Of a DNA stretch of 64,000 nt, positions 17,111 to 26,524 are shown one piece after another. The stretch's first letter is position 1. The number at the start of each line of letters is the position of its first letter. The stretch is taken from the NCBI GenBank assembly GCA_035478795.1, contig DATIJJ010000014.1, positions 13,930-77,929 of the forward strand, written 5' to 3'. This DNA is from Gammaproteobacteria bacterium (GTDB lineage Bacteria > Pseudomonadota > Gammaproteobacteria > DSM-16500). The position numbers and the translations under genes were made by a program. Under the pieces are notes generated by a model. That model saw only the letters and a program-made list of their open reading frames with translations, ran no database searches and had not been told where the DNA came from.

Positions 17111-19066
17111 ATGTTAAAAGAAATGTTGAAAAATTTTATGCCATGGATATTGTTTTTTATTTTAATGGGCTCCTCAAAGCAACAATTGGAAACAGCCATT
17201 ATTGTAGCAATAATTGCAGCTTTTTTATTTGATTTCAAAAGACTCAAAAATGGATTTGTTCTGAACTGGGGAACCATTTTGTTTTTTGGATTTATTTTTG
17301 TTGCTGTTATTATTTTCAAAAATAAATGGATAGCGACTTATTCCGGATTGCTCTCAAATGGCGCATTGGCTATGATTGCATGGGTTTCCATTCTAATTCG
17401 AAAACCCTTTACCATTCAATATGCAAAAGAAACGGTTCCCTCTGACCAATGGAAACATCCCTTATTTATTAAAATAAACTACTTATTGACAGCTGTCTGG
17501 GCTATTCTTTTTTCAATTGGCACTGCATTACCGTTAATTTTACTTTATCAGCCGTCATTCAGTTCATCCATTTTCCAAATCATCTCATGGTTACCTCCCG
17601 TTTTGGGTATCTGGTTTACGACGTGGTTTCCGGAATGGTATAAGGCAAATTATTTCAAAAAGAAAAGGCAGCCTGACACAGCGTCTAACCCATACCTTCA
17701 GGGAAATTTTGCGCCTGTCTCTGATGAACTTTCCATCCATGATTTAAAAGTCATTGGCGAAATTCCGAATGATCTGACAGGCATTTATATGCGAAATGGC
17801 CCCAATCCGGCATTTCCGCCCGTTTCATACACCTATCCATTCGATGGCGACGGAATGATACATGCTGTTTATATTAAAGATGGCAAGGCGTCTTATTCAA
17901 ACAAATTTGTTGAAACAAGCGGACTTATCAGAGAAAGAAAAGCTGGAAAGGCTTTATATGGTGGTTTATCCAATTTAATGCCGATGGATCCCGAATGGGC
18001 TGAAGAAGGCGACGGCCCTGTCGCCGTCAAAAATGGTGCCTTCATTCATGTTATTCGTTTTGCAAATCAATATCTGGCAATGAGTGAAACAGCGCCTGCC
18101 TATCAGATCACGGCCGAATTAAAAACACTGGGTGAATGGAATCCGTTACATACTGAATCACCTCTCGAGGTGGGGCCGCATACGCGTTATGATCCGTTAA
18201 CAGGTGATTTATGGTTTATTAACTATGCACTCACACCGCCTTTTTTAACCATCTATCAATTTAATAGTGAAGCCTCACTCGTGAAAAAATGGGATATCAC
18301 CAAACCTTATCCAACCATGATTCATGATTTCGTGCTGACTGAAAATTATGTGGTTATTTTTGATTGCCCGACGCTATTTGATCTGGATGAAATCATGCGC
18401 GGTGGATCACTTTTAAAGTGGAGACCTGATCTCGGCACACGTATCGGCATCATGCACAAAAAAACTGGCGAATTAAAATGGTTCGAAACAGAAGCATTTT
18501 TTGTATTTCATTATGCAAATGCTTTTGAAAATAAATCAGAAATAACAGTTGATTTTGTTCGCCACGAAGAAGTATTTATGTCGCGTGATGAAAAAATGGA
18601 AGAAAATAAATCGTCACCCTGTTTATATCGATCCATCATTGATTTGAAATCAGGAAAGATAAAACATATCGCTCTGGATGATCGAATGATTGAATTTCCG
18701 CGAATTCGGGAAGATAAAAATTCGCTACCTTATCAGTATATTTATGCACCCTCACGTACACCTGATATTACAAATAAACGTGCTTTTAACAGTTTGATCA
18801 AATACGATGTAAAAAATCAACAGAATGATGTGTACTCGTTTGGTATCCATGCTGAAATTGGCGAGGCGGTTTTTGTTCCGTCAGCTTTCAGCAAACAGGA
18901 AGATGATGGATATCTCATGTTATTTGCTTTTGACAATACGACGAATCAATCTGAGTTTGTGATTCTGGATGCAACGCACATGGGTGATACACCATTGGCC
19001 CGAATTGTGATGCCAGGACGTGTTCCAGCCGGGTTGCATGGTTCGTGGATGCCGGGGGAATGGTAA
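17111..19066 (+). CDS. Carotenoid/apocarotenoid cleavage oxygenase (RPE65 family) fused to an N-terminal ~190-aa polytopic membrane domain
   Basis: After ~5 hydrophobic segments the sequence reads NPYLQGNFAPV..E. The four His ligand contexts are GDGMIHAV, MIHDF, FHYANAFE and GLHGSW. Confidence 0.8.
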   Translation: MLKEMLKNFMPWILFFILMGSSKQQLETAIIVAIIAAFLFDFKRLKNGFVLNWGTILFFGFIFVAVIIFKNKWIATYSGLLSNGALAMIAWVSILIRKPFTIQYAKETVPSDQWKHPLFIKINYLLTAVWAILFSIGTALPLILLYQPSFSSSIFQIISWLPPVLGIWFTTWFPEWYKANYFKKKRQPDTASNPYLQGNFAPVSDELSIHDLKVIGEIPNDLTGIYMRNGPNPAFPPVSYTYPFDGDGMIHAVYIKDGKASYSNKFVETSGLIRERKAGKALYGGLSNLMPMDPEWAEEGDGPVAVKNGAFIHVIRFANQYLAMSETAPAYQITAELKTLGEWNPLHTESPLEVGPHTRYDPLTGDLWFINYALTPPFLTIYQFNSEASLVKKWDITKPYPTMIHDFVLTENYVVIFDCPTLFDLDEIMRGGSLLKWRPDLGTRIGIMHKKTGELKWFETEAFFVFHYANAFENKSEITVDFVRHEEVFMSRDEKMEENKSSPCLYRSIIDLKSGKIKHIALDDRMIEFPRIREDKNSLPYQYIYAPSRTPDITNKRAFNSLIKYDVKNQQNDVYSFGIHAEIGEAVFVPSAFSKQEDDGYLMLFAFDNTTNQSEFVILDATHMGDTPLARIVMPGRVPAGLHGSWMPGEW

Positions 19067-19132
19067 ATGACATCTTACAATAAATAAATTATAATTCAGC
19101 CTCAATATTTCGCACACAAACAGGAACCCGCA

Positions 19133-19906
19133 ATGAACCTTGATTATGAACTTGTTTTCTTCTATGCCATTGTTTTTTTCGGAATCATCGCATTGGGTGA
19201 CGTGCTTTTCTTCGCCTCAAAACGCAAGAAAGCTGAGAAAAAACAGCCTGTTGTCGTGGAATATGCGCGTTCTTTTCTCCCCGTTCTACTGCTGGTTTTT
19301 TCAGTACGATCCTTTGGCTATGAACCATTCCGTATCCCGTCCGGTTCACTTAAACCCACCTTGCTGGTAGGCGATTTCATCCTGGTCAACAAGTTCTCAT
19401 ACGGGTTTCGTTTACCTGTTGTGCATACCAAAATACTCGCTGTGAATGAACCGCAACGAGGCGATATTGTTGTGTTTCGCGAACCGCCTAAAAAATCACG
19501 CGACCTGATCAAACGCGTTATTGGATTACCAGGCGATCACATTACCTACAAAAACAAATTGCTTTATATTAATGGGCAGGCAATACCACAACAATTTGAA
19601 AAATACGACATTGATCAGGAAGATGACTTCAATCCATGGGAAGTGGAACAAAAACAGGAAAATTTATTCGGTGTCACACATCATATCTACCAAATTCCTG
19701 CAAGAGAAAATGATGATTTTGATGTTACCGTGCCTGCAGGGCATTATTTTATGATGGGCGATAATCGGGATGACAGTGCTGACAGTCGTTCATGGGGATT
19801 TTTACCTGAAAAAAATATTATAGGGAAAGCAACGCGCGTGTTAGTTAGCTTTGACACGCTCACTCACCCTATTCGATGGGAAAGAACGGGTGAAAAAATC
19901 ATTTAG
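19133..19906 (+). CDS. lepB: Signal peptidase I
   Basis: IPSGSLKPTL..GDFILVNK, GD.VVF, IKRVIGLPGD, GDNRDDSADSR.WGF. Confidence 0.9.
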   Translation: MNLDYELVFFYAIVFFGIIALGDVLFFASKRKKAEKKQPVVVEYARSFLPVLLLVFSVRSFGYEPFRIPSGSLKPTLLVGDFILVNKFSYGFRLPVVHTKILAVNEPQRGDIVVFREPPKKSRDLIKRVIGLPGDHITYKNKLLYINGQAIPQQFEKYDIDQEDDFNPWEVEQKQENLFGVTHHIYQIPARENDDFDVTVPAGHYFMMGDNRDDSADSRSWGFLPEKNIIGKATRVLVSFDTLTHPIRWERTGEKII

Positions 19907-19917
19907 TGTTGGTTATA

Positions 19918-20721
19918 TCACAAAATTTTTACAACAGCCTGTTCCCAATTCTGATTAAAGGCAATATACTCTGCCTTCTTCCCACTTTGATGCAAAAATT
20001 CCTGAAAAGCTCTAAACTCATCATTCTCATGGCCTTCATAATTGTAAAATTCATCAAACACAATAATTGTTCCAGAAACAATATTGCCTTCAAGAAAATC
20101 AAAAACATCTTTTGCAGATTCATAAAGATCACAATCTACATGAATAAATGAAATTGGCTTTTCTTTTAAAGTTATGTTTTTAAAAATAGGCAGAGTATCG
20201 CGAAATAATCCTTTCATGAGTCTTACATTATTGACAATCGGCGGATATTCCAGATCCTTGTTAAGCTTAAAAGACCCCTTTGGAATATGAAAATCCTTTC
20301 GAGTATTCCAGTCATCAGGAAGCCCTTCAAATGAGTCAAAACCATAAATTTCTTTTCGTGGATTCAAGTTTGCAATGAAATTGATAGACTTTCCACTTCC
20401 AACGCCCATTTCAATATAAACTCCATCATTCAAATTGATTTGATTTGCAGTGTCTGATGCGAATCGCAGGACTTCAGAATCAATATTCAACGGCTTTGCA
20501 TTACCAAAATATGTTTCAACAAATTTTACGGAGGATGGGTTATTTTTGTAGCATTTATCCATTGGAATAAAATTTAGAACCTGATTCCCCTGCCAGCATT
20601 CTTTCGGCGCCGGAAACCCTTCAACAACCTGACCCCATGCCTGACCCGCGCGTTTATTTGATATGTATGGATCAGATTCTTCCCTGTCTTCATATATAAA
20701 TTCGTTCATTTTGATCTCCAT
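19918..20721 (-). CDS. TylF/MycF-like class I SAM-dependent (O-)methyltransferase
   Basis: GVGSGKS...I........YGFDSFEGLP and IHVDCDLYESAKDVF resemble the macrocin-O-methyltransferase family. Confidence 0.6.
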   Translation of the reverse strand: MEIKMNEFIYEDREESDPYISNKRAGQAWGQVVEGFPAPKECWQGNQVLNFIPMDKCYKNNPSSVKFVETYFGNAKPLNIDSEVLRFASDTANQINLNDGVYIEMGVGSGKSINFIANLNPRKEIYGFDSFEGLPDDWNTRKDFHIPKGSFKLNKDLEYPPIVNNVRLMKGLFRDTLPIFKNITLKEKPISFIHVDCDLYESAKDVFDFLEGNIVSGTIIVFDEFYNYEGHENDEFRAFQEFLHQSGKKAEYIAFNQNWEQAVVKIL

Positions 20722-20751
20722 GGATATTTTTAAATTTTCATCAGGTAAATT

Positions 20752-21273
20752 TCATGGTAAAAAATCACTATCTTTCATCATAAATAAATCATCTTTATAG
20801 AAAAAAGGGAAATTGTCAGGCAGCATCGATTTTTGTATGACACGAAATCCATTTTTTATATAGAATTTTTTTGCTGAAATGGCATCGATTTCTTTCGTAC
20901 TTAAATAAAATGACACTTTGTCAAATTCAATTGAACCAATCATGAGAGAAAATAAATTGTTTAATAACATCTGGGCTATTCCAAGCCTTCGATAATTTTT
21001 ATCAACAAACATTCTCTTCAAAACAAAACTGTGATGTGTCAATCTATTACAGGCAATAGTACCAACAATTTGATTACCAATTATTGAAACCAGAAATATA
21101 CCATCTTCTTTGGAATAATATTTTTCAATTTCGTGAAGATCGGGGAAATGTTCTTTTTTAACATCAAAATGATACTCGTCAACCCATATTTTAAAAATCA
21201 AATCCAGTATATGTGTCGAATCACTATTATTTGCCTCTCTGATAGTGATATCTTTACAAGTTCGATCTTTCAT
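20752..21273 (-). CDS. GNAT family N-acetyltransferase
   Basis: Acetyl-CoA-binding segment RMFVDKNYRRLGIAQMLL and FYIKNGF; 173 aa. Confidence 0.8.
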   Translation of the reverse strand: MKDRTCKDITIREANNSDSTHILDLIFKIWVDEYHFDVKKEHFPDLHEIEKYYSKEDGIFLVSIIGNQIVGTIACNRLTHHSFVLKRMFVDKNYRRLGIAQMLLNNLFSLMIGSIEFDKVSFYLSTKEIDAISAKKFYIKNGFRVIQKSMLPDNFPFFYKDDLFMMKDSDFLP

Positions 21274-21274
21274 T

Positions 21275-21829
21275 TCATGCCTTTAAATTTCGAATAATTG
21301 CGCTTGATAACTCAGGGAAATCAGCTTTGTAATAATCTCCACCAAAATGCCCTTCATTCTTATATTCGTGGTATTCACAGTCAAGTTTTAAATGAATATA
21401 GCGAGGCTGCTCTATTGGAATCCACGGATCATCTTGTGAAGCAAATAATACTATCCATTGCTGATTTTTTTTAATGTTTTTCCAATCCCATTCTTTATCA
21501 AAATAACCTGACAATATCTCTTTTTCCATGCCAAGATCAGTATAATAGGCTCCTACTAATATGGAGCCAAAAACAGGACGCGTTTCAGCTAACCGCATAG
21601 CTGCAATTGCACCTGATGAATGCCCTACCAATATAGTATTTTCATCTACCTTCAAATCGTTGATCAAAAAAGGTAGCCAAAATGATGATCTTGCCAGATC
21701 ATTATCAGGAAATTCTTCTGCAATCACCTCTAAACCTTGATCTTCCAGTTCTTTTTTAACACTTGGGAACCAATTATCATGAGGAGAGCCGCCGCCATTA
21801 CCTGGAATAAAAACTATTTTTTTGTTCAT
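21275..21829 (-). CDS. RBBP9/YdeN-family alpha/beta serine hydrolase
   Basis: IVFIPGNGG......WF.....L and the nucleophile elbow LVGHSSGA; 184 aa. Confidence 0.7.
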   Translation of the reverse strand: MNKKIVFIPGNGGGSPHDNWFPSVKKELEDQGLEVIAEEFPDNDLARSSFWLPFLINDLKVDENTILVGHSSGAIAAMRLAETRPVFGSILVGAYYTDLGMEKEILSGYFDKEWDWKNIKKNQQWIVLFASQDDPWIPIEQPRYIHLKLDCEYHEYKNEGHFGGDYYKADFPELSSAIIRNLKA

Positions 21830-21872
21830 GTGTTGATTTCATCCCTTTCGCAGTATCTTTGAAAAAAATTAC

Positions 21873-22664
21873 TCACGAAGCTTCACTCCCTGATTTTGCC
21901 AATTTCTTTTTATTCAGTGGCTGTGGTATCGGTTTGTCATAATCCCGATAAATATTCCATTTTTTCATAGAAAATTCTTTATAAGTTGTATTGAGCAATA
22001 TATTTGCCAAAAATTCAGCACAAATTGATGCCGGAATTAAGGTTTTTTGTTTTTTCGCTTCCTCAAATTCAATGGCTAATGGAAATTCTTCTTTGGAGGC
22101 ATTTCTCAAATTGCCTTGCATATCCGTGTCAACCTCTCCGGGTATCACATCGGCTGCGGCAATATAGGAAGGAAGTTCTTTTTTCAATGTCGCTGTCCAT
22201 ATATTAAGAGCTGCCTTGGCAGCACAATAAGCGCCAATGCCCGCCACAGCTTCATCACCTGCGACAGAGGTAATATTTAGAATTCGCGCTCCTTCGGTAT
22301 TAAATTGAGATATAAGCGAATTTGTCAAAAATATTGGTGCAAGCAGATCTGTTTCAAATAATTTTCTGATTTCATGTTGAGACGCATGATGGAGCAATCC
22401 TATTGGATGAATAATACCAGCATTATTAATTAAATAATCAATTTTCATATGATGAAGTGCCGTTTGAATTTTTTCTTGTCCATCCTGTGTCGTGATATCA
22501 GCAGAAATAATTTTAATTGCATCCGGATTGAATTTTTGTAAATCCTTCAGTGCATTTTCATTTTGAGATATGGCAAATACAGTCAGGCCACGATTGACTA
22601 ATTCGAGTGTCAAAGCATGACCAATGCCTCGACTTGTTCCTGTAATCACTGCAATTTTATCCAT
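21873..22664 (-). CDS. Short-chain dehydrogenase/reductase (SDR)
   Basis: TGTSRGIG cofactor motif, NNAG, and the catalytic Y...K (GAYCAAKAA). Confidence 0.85.
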   Translation of the reverse strand: MDKIAVITGTSRGIGHALTLELVNRGLTVFAISQNENALKDLQKFNPDAIKIISADITTQDGQEKIQTALHHMKIDYLINNAGIIHPIGLLHHASQHEIRKLFETDLLAPIFLTNSLISQFNTEGARILNITSVAGDEAVAGIGAYCAAKAALNIWTATLKKELPSYIAAADVIPGEVDTDMQGNLRNASKEEFPLAIEFEEAKKQKTLIPASICAEFLANILLNTTYKEFSMKKWNIYRDYDKPIPQPLNKKKLAKSGSEAS

Positions 22665-22761
22665 GCCAAATTCACTTTCTTATTGTGCGAGTTAAAAATT
22701 TACTATTAAAAATGCTGGAGAATCAAGTGATTTTAATAGAGAATAACCCCAATTTGGAATA

Positions 22762-23772
22762 ATGTATATGTCAGAAATATTACTTGCAGACCATTGTATT
22801 ATTGATTGCCTGAAAATAAACTATGGTATTCCGGTTGCCAAACTCATCCTTCTTCCGCTTGGTGCAGATTTGAATGCATCCGTCTATAAAGCTGTGGCGC
22901 ACGACCAGTCTTCTTATTTCGTAAAATTAAGACGTGGGCACCATACTGATCTCAGCGCTGCCATCATTACATTACTCCGGAATGCCGGCATCCAACACGT
23001 GATTCCTCCCATCAAAAACGGTCGTGGACACCCTCTTCAACATATTGATGACTGTACTCTTATTGTGTATCCCTTTGTTGAAGGACAAGATGGATTCAGC
23101 CGTCATTTGACAAATAATCAATGGACCCTGCTTGGCAAGGTAATGAGACAGATTCACGAAATTAATGTACCGTCATCAGTTCAACAAACGATCAGACGTG
23201 AAAGTTATTCATCAAAATGGCGAGAAGCCATACGATCACTCTATGCCCATATGGAATTTGAGCCAGTTATTGATGAAATTGCAGAGAAATTAACATTGTT
23301 TATGAAAAATCATGCAACAATGATTTATCGCCTGGTGGATAGAGCAGAACAGCTGGGCTGCGAAATTCAAAATCAATCACCAAAATTTGTTTTGTGCCAT
23401 TCTGATATTCACGCCGGAAATGTGCTAATGGATAAAAATGATGTTATTTATATGGTGGACTGGGATGATCCTGTGATGGCACCTAAAGAACGTGATCTGA
23501 TGTTTATTGGTGGAGGAATTGCCAATACATGGAATAAGCCCCTTGAAGAAGAATTTTTCTATCAAGGCTACGGCCATACTGAAATAAACAGGACAATACT
23601 CGCATATTACCGACACGAGCGCATTGTCGAAGATATAGCTGTCCTTGGCCAGCAACTTCTTCAAACGTCAGGAAGTATTCAGAGTCGGACTGAGTCATAT
23701 AACCATTTTCTTGCCCAGTTTGATCTTCATGGGGTTATAGAGATTGCATTTAAAACAGATGAACTCTTTTAA
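22762..23772 (+). CDS. Aminoglycoside/choline-kinase-like phosphotransferase (APH family)
   Basis: Brenner motif CHSDIHAGNVL followed by VDWDD; 336 aa. Confidence 0.75.
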   Translation: MYMSEILLADHCIIDCLKINYGIPVAKLILLPLGADLNASVYKAVAHDQSSYFVKLRRGHHTDLSAAIITLLRNAGIQHVIPPIKNGRGHPLQHIDDCTLIVYPFVEGQDGFSRHLTNNQWTLLGKVMRQIHEINVPSSVQQTIRRESYSSKWREAIRSLYAHMEFEPVIDEIAEKLTLFMKNHATMIYRLVDRAEQLGCEIQNQSPKFVLCHSDIHAGNVLMDKNDVIYMVDWDDPVMAPKERDLMFIGGGIANTWNKPLEEEFFYQGYGHTEINRTILAYYRHERIVEDIAVLGQQLLQTSGSIQSRTESYNHFLAQFDLHGVIEIAFKTDELF

Positions 23773-23776
23773 CATT

Positions 23777-25084
23777 TTATTTCATAGGCTGATCTTTCGG
23801 ATCTGCTTTTAATGTCATACCTTCCAAGGCAGATTTCAATAAAGATTGATCATTTTCAGCAGCTACGTCATCACCTATATTCCATGTCATCATGCCAGCA
23901 AGATGATTTTTTATAACATATGCCGCTTTTTCTTTAATAAGAGATGAATTGTCATATGTTAACAACTGTTTTGTCTCTGAATTATATGCCCACACACCGT
24001 TCATGTGATTCTTTATAAAAGAAGCATGCTCTATAAATCCTGATTTTAATAGCCGTAAGACAGTGCGATATTGAACTCTCCCTTGTGATTTAATGCCAAA
24101 ATCAAACACCGGCGTTTCATTCTGATTAAATGGCTGAAACAATCCATAATTCACATTTTTAACACCACCATAAGCTAGCGCATAGGATGGATAGCCTAAA
24201 ACAATTTTATCAGGCGGAACACCTGAAAATGTTAATGATTTAATCGACTGATCACAGCTAATATGATAATAACGACTGATTAATGGTTCATGAAAATCAG
24301 CGTACAAATTACTGTTATAACCTGTAATAGCTGGCTGATTAAACGGAGAATGAAACTCATAACACATGTCTGACACATAATTTACTTGCTCTGAAATTTT
24401 TTTCCAGCTTTTAGCATTGATGTTTTGATCAGCCGAAACAGTTACAATAATAATTTTATCAGAACCTAATTTTTTTCTTAATGCAAAAAGAAGATTAGCG
24501 TATCCATTCATTCTTTCCAGAGTGAAATTATCCGGTTCGAAATCCAGATCTACACCGTTCAAATGATAATGGGCTACTATTTTTTCAATAGAATTGACAA
24601 AATTATCTACGTTTAATATTGCATGATCAAATGATTGGGCACTGTTAGCACCACCAACAGAAATAATTTTTTTCAAAGAATGCGTATTGTTTTGTAATAA
24701 TGAAAATGCTGAAAAATTGCCAGCGCCTGGAGAATACAGATTATGCCGATCAAGACATATGTTTTTATTCAAAACACAAAAAGCATTGTCTAAATAGGAT
24801 AAATCGACCTTGCTATCAGTGAAACGGGCGAAACCCGATGGGTCTACCCATAAAAATGCGTAGGCAATCATGTTCAGGTAATTTAATTTATCCAGCATAT
24901 CTTTATTAGTTATCCGGAAACCCATAGTATTAAAACTGCCAGCGACAGGATAAAGCGAATAGCTTTTATCATGATAAGACCAATAACTCATAAGAAGTTT
25001 TGGTTCATTTGCAAATGCTGCACAGGAAAATAACCAGCAAATGAATTGGACAATGTATTTTAGATAATGTTGTTTATTTCTCAT
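23777..25084 (-). CDS. Secreted glycoside hydrolase family 18 (chitinase-like) protein
   Basis: Signal peptide present. The catalytic strand is LNGVDLDFE (DxDxE retained, first Asp of DxxDxDxE is Asn). Also MTWNIGDD near the C-terminus. Confidence 0.7.
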   Translation of the reverse strand: MRNKQHYLKYIVQFICWLFSCAAFANEPKLLMSYWSYHDKSYSLYPVAGSFNTMGFRITNKDMLDKLNYLNMIAYAFLWVDPSGFARFTDSKVDLSYLDNAFCVLNKNICLDRHNLYSPGAGNFSAFSLLQNNTHSLKKIISVGGANSAQSFDHAILNVDNFVNSIEKIVAHYHLNGVDLDFEPDNFTLERMNGYANLLFALRKKLGSDKIIIVTVSADQNINAKSWKKISEQVNYVSDMCYEFHSPFNQPAITGYNSNLYADFHEPLISRYYHISCDQSIKSLTFSGVPPDKIVLGYPSYALAYGGVKNVNYGLFQPFNQNETPVFDFGIKSQGRVQYRTVLRLLKSGFIEHASFIKNHMNGVWAYNSETKQLLTYDNSSLIKEKAAYVIKNHLAGMMTWNIGDDVAAENDQSLLKSALEGMTLKADPKDQPMK

Positions 25085-25941
25085 ATACCCAGATTTCTTA
25101 AAATATCATCCATGTGATTTTTTAAAATCGAAATATGCCCCTCATTATCCAATACATTTAATTGCGCATTCGGAATTAATTTCGCATACAATTCCGCACA
25201 TGATTTGGGAGCCTGTTTATCCAACGCACCATACCAGATAAAAAAAGGAACCCTGATATCTTCCGGACGAAATCCCCATGGCCTTAATAACAACTTCATT
25301 TCATAGGCAGGACCTTTGGATCCATTTTTAAATGCTTCTCGCGCGCCCGAGATAAGTGCTGCTTTTTCAGACGGATCACTAAAAATAATCTGATCCGGTT
25401 TCGGTAGCTGCTTCACCATGTGCTGAAACAATTTGTCCGGATTTTCCAGCATTTTATTTGTTAACCACATCATCAGATCAGCAGATGGAGGAATAAAGCG
25501 AATCAATTGATTAACAATTTTTTGACTCCTGGCCAATCCAATCTGTGCTTCTGGCCTCTCAAATGGGCCCATACCAGAAACGATGGCCACAGAATTTAAT
25601 CGTTCAGGTATGGCATAAGCACAAGCTGCCACATAAGGTGCGCCACCAGAATGCCCAATTAAGGAAAATTTTTTAATCGATAAATAATCAGCGACATGGC
25701 TTACATCTTTTGGCCATGAGAGAAGCGTTCTTTCAGGATCAAACGTTGAATTTCCCATGCCCGGACGATCAATCCCAATCAAGCGACAATGCTGTGCGGT
25801 TGCTATTTCATGAAATCGCCCTGCTTCCAGTCTGCTGCCGGGTGTCCCATGAAAATAAAAAACCGGTGTTCCTTGCGGATCACCATATTCGGTAAACCCC
25901 ATTTTTCTTCCGTCAGGTAAATCAATTGAATACTCTGTCAT
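25081..25941 (-). CDS. Alpha/beta hydrolase
   Basis: HGTPGSR oxyanion region and the nucleophile elbow GHSGGA. There is a 4-nt overlap with the GH18 gene start. Start taken at MTEYSIDL. Confidence 0.8.
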   Translation of the reverse strand: MTEYSIDLPDGRKMGFTEYGDPQGTPVFYFHGTPGSRLEAGRFHEIATAQHCRLIGIDRPGMGNSTFDPERTLLSWPKDVSHVADYLSIKKFSLIGHSGGAPYVAACAYAIPERLNSVAIVSGMGPFERPEAQIGLARSQKIVNQLIRFIPPSADLMMWLTNKMLENPDKLFQHMVKQLPKPDQIIFSDPSEKAALISGAREAFKNGSKGPAYEMKLLLRPWGFRPEDIRVPFFIWYGALDKQAPKSCAELYAKLIPNAQLNVLDNEGHISILKNHMDDILRNLGI

Positions 25942-26211
25942 AGAGGTATGCGCTCCTGCTTTTTTTCGAAAAATAAAATGCAGTGTAGCCATAACCTGTT
26001 GAATGTCAATTTATGATAATAAAAATGCACTCATGGACTCATCAATACCCTCAAAATCGCACGGATACAAAAAATAAAAATGTTATATTAATCAACAAGT
26101 TATAAAAATAAAATGCCGACTGAGAAGTTGAAGAATTTTCCTTATTAATCAAGATGTTATAACTTTTGCCAAGCATTGTATAGCTGTTCAGGGTCATTAA
26201 TTAATTAAAAA

Positions 26212-26451
26212 GTATCATTCGTTAGAAGCGTCATCAACCATGTTGATTTTGGTTATTTCAGGCCTCTATCCGCGGGTCATCCTGAGCGCGTTTTTTAGCG
26301 AAGGATCATCTGCTATTTTAAAGACTTTTTTGCGTGAGTTTTGTGAATAGCAGTGGATCCTTCGGCGAGAAGATGCCTCAGGATGACCCGCGGATAGAGG
26401 CCTGAAATAACCAAAATCAACATGGTTGATGACGCTTCTAACGAATGATAC
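26212..26451. repeat. 240-bp palindromic element: 75-bp perfect inverted arms (26212-26286 / 26377-26451) around a 90-nt spacer that itself holds a 19-bp imperfect inverted repeat
   Basis: I reverse-complemented the left arm and it is identical to the right arm over all 75 nt. The inner pair is cgaaggatcatctgctatt / aatagcagtggatccttcg. Confidence 0.95.
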
Positions 26452-26524
26452 GTTTCAAAAATACTGAATAGTTACAGCATTTTTGCATAAATCAGATCGT
26501 TATCCGCCCTTTTGCCATAAATCA

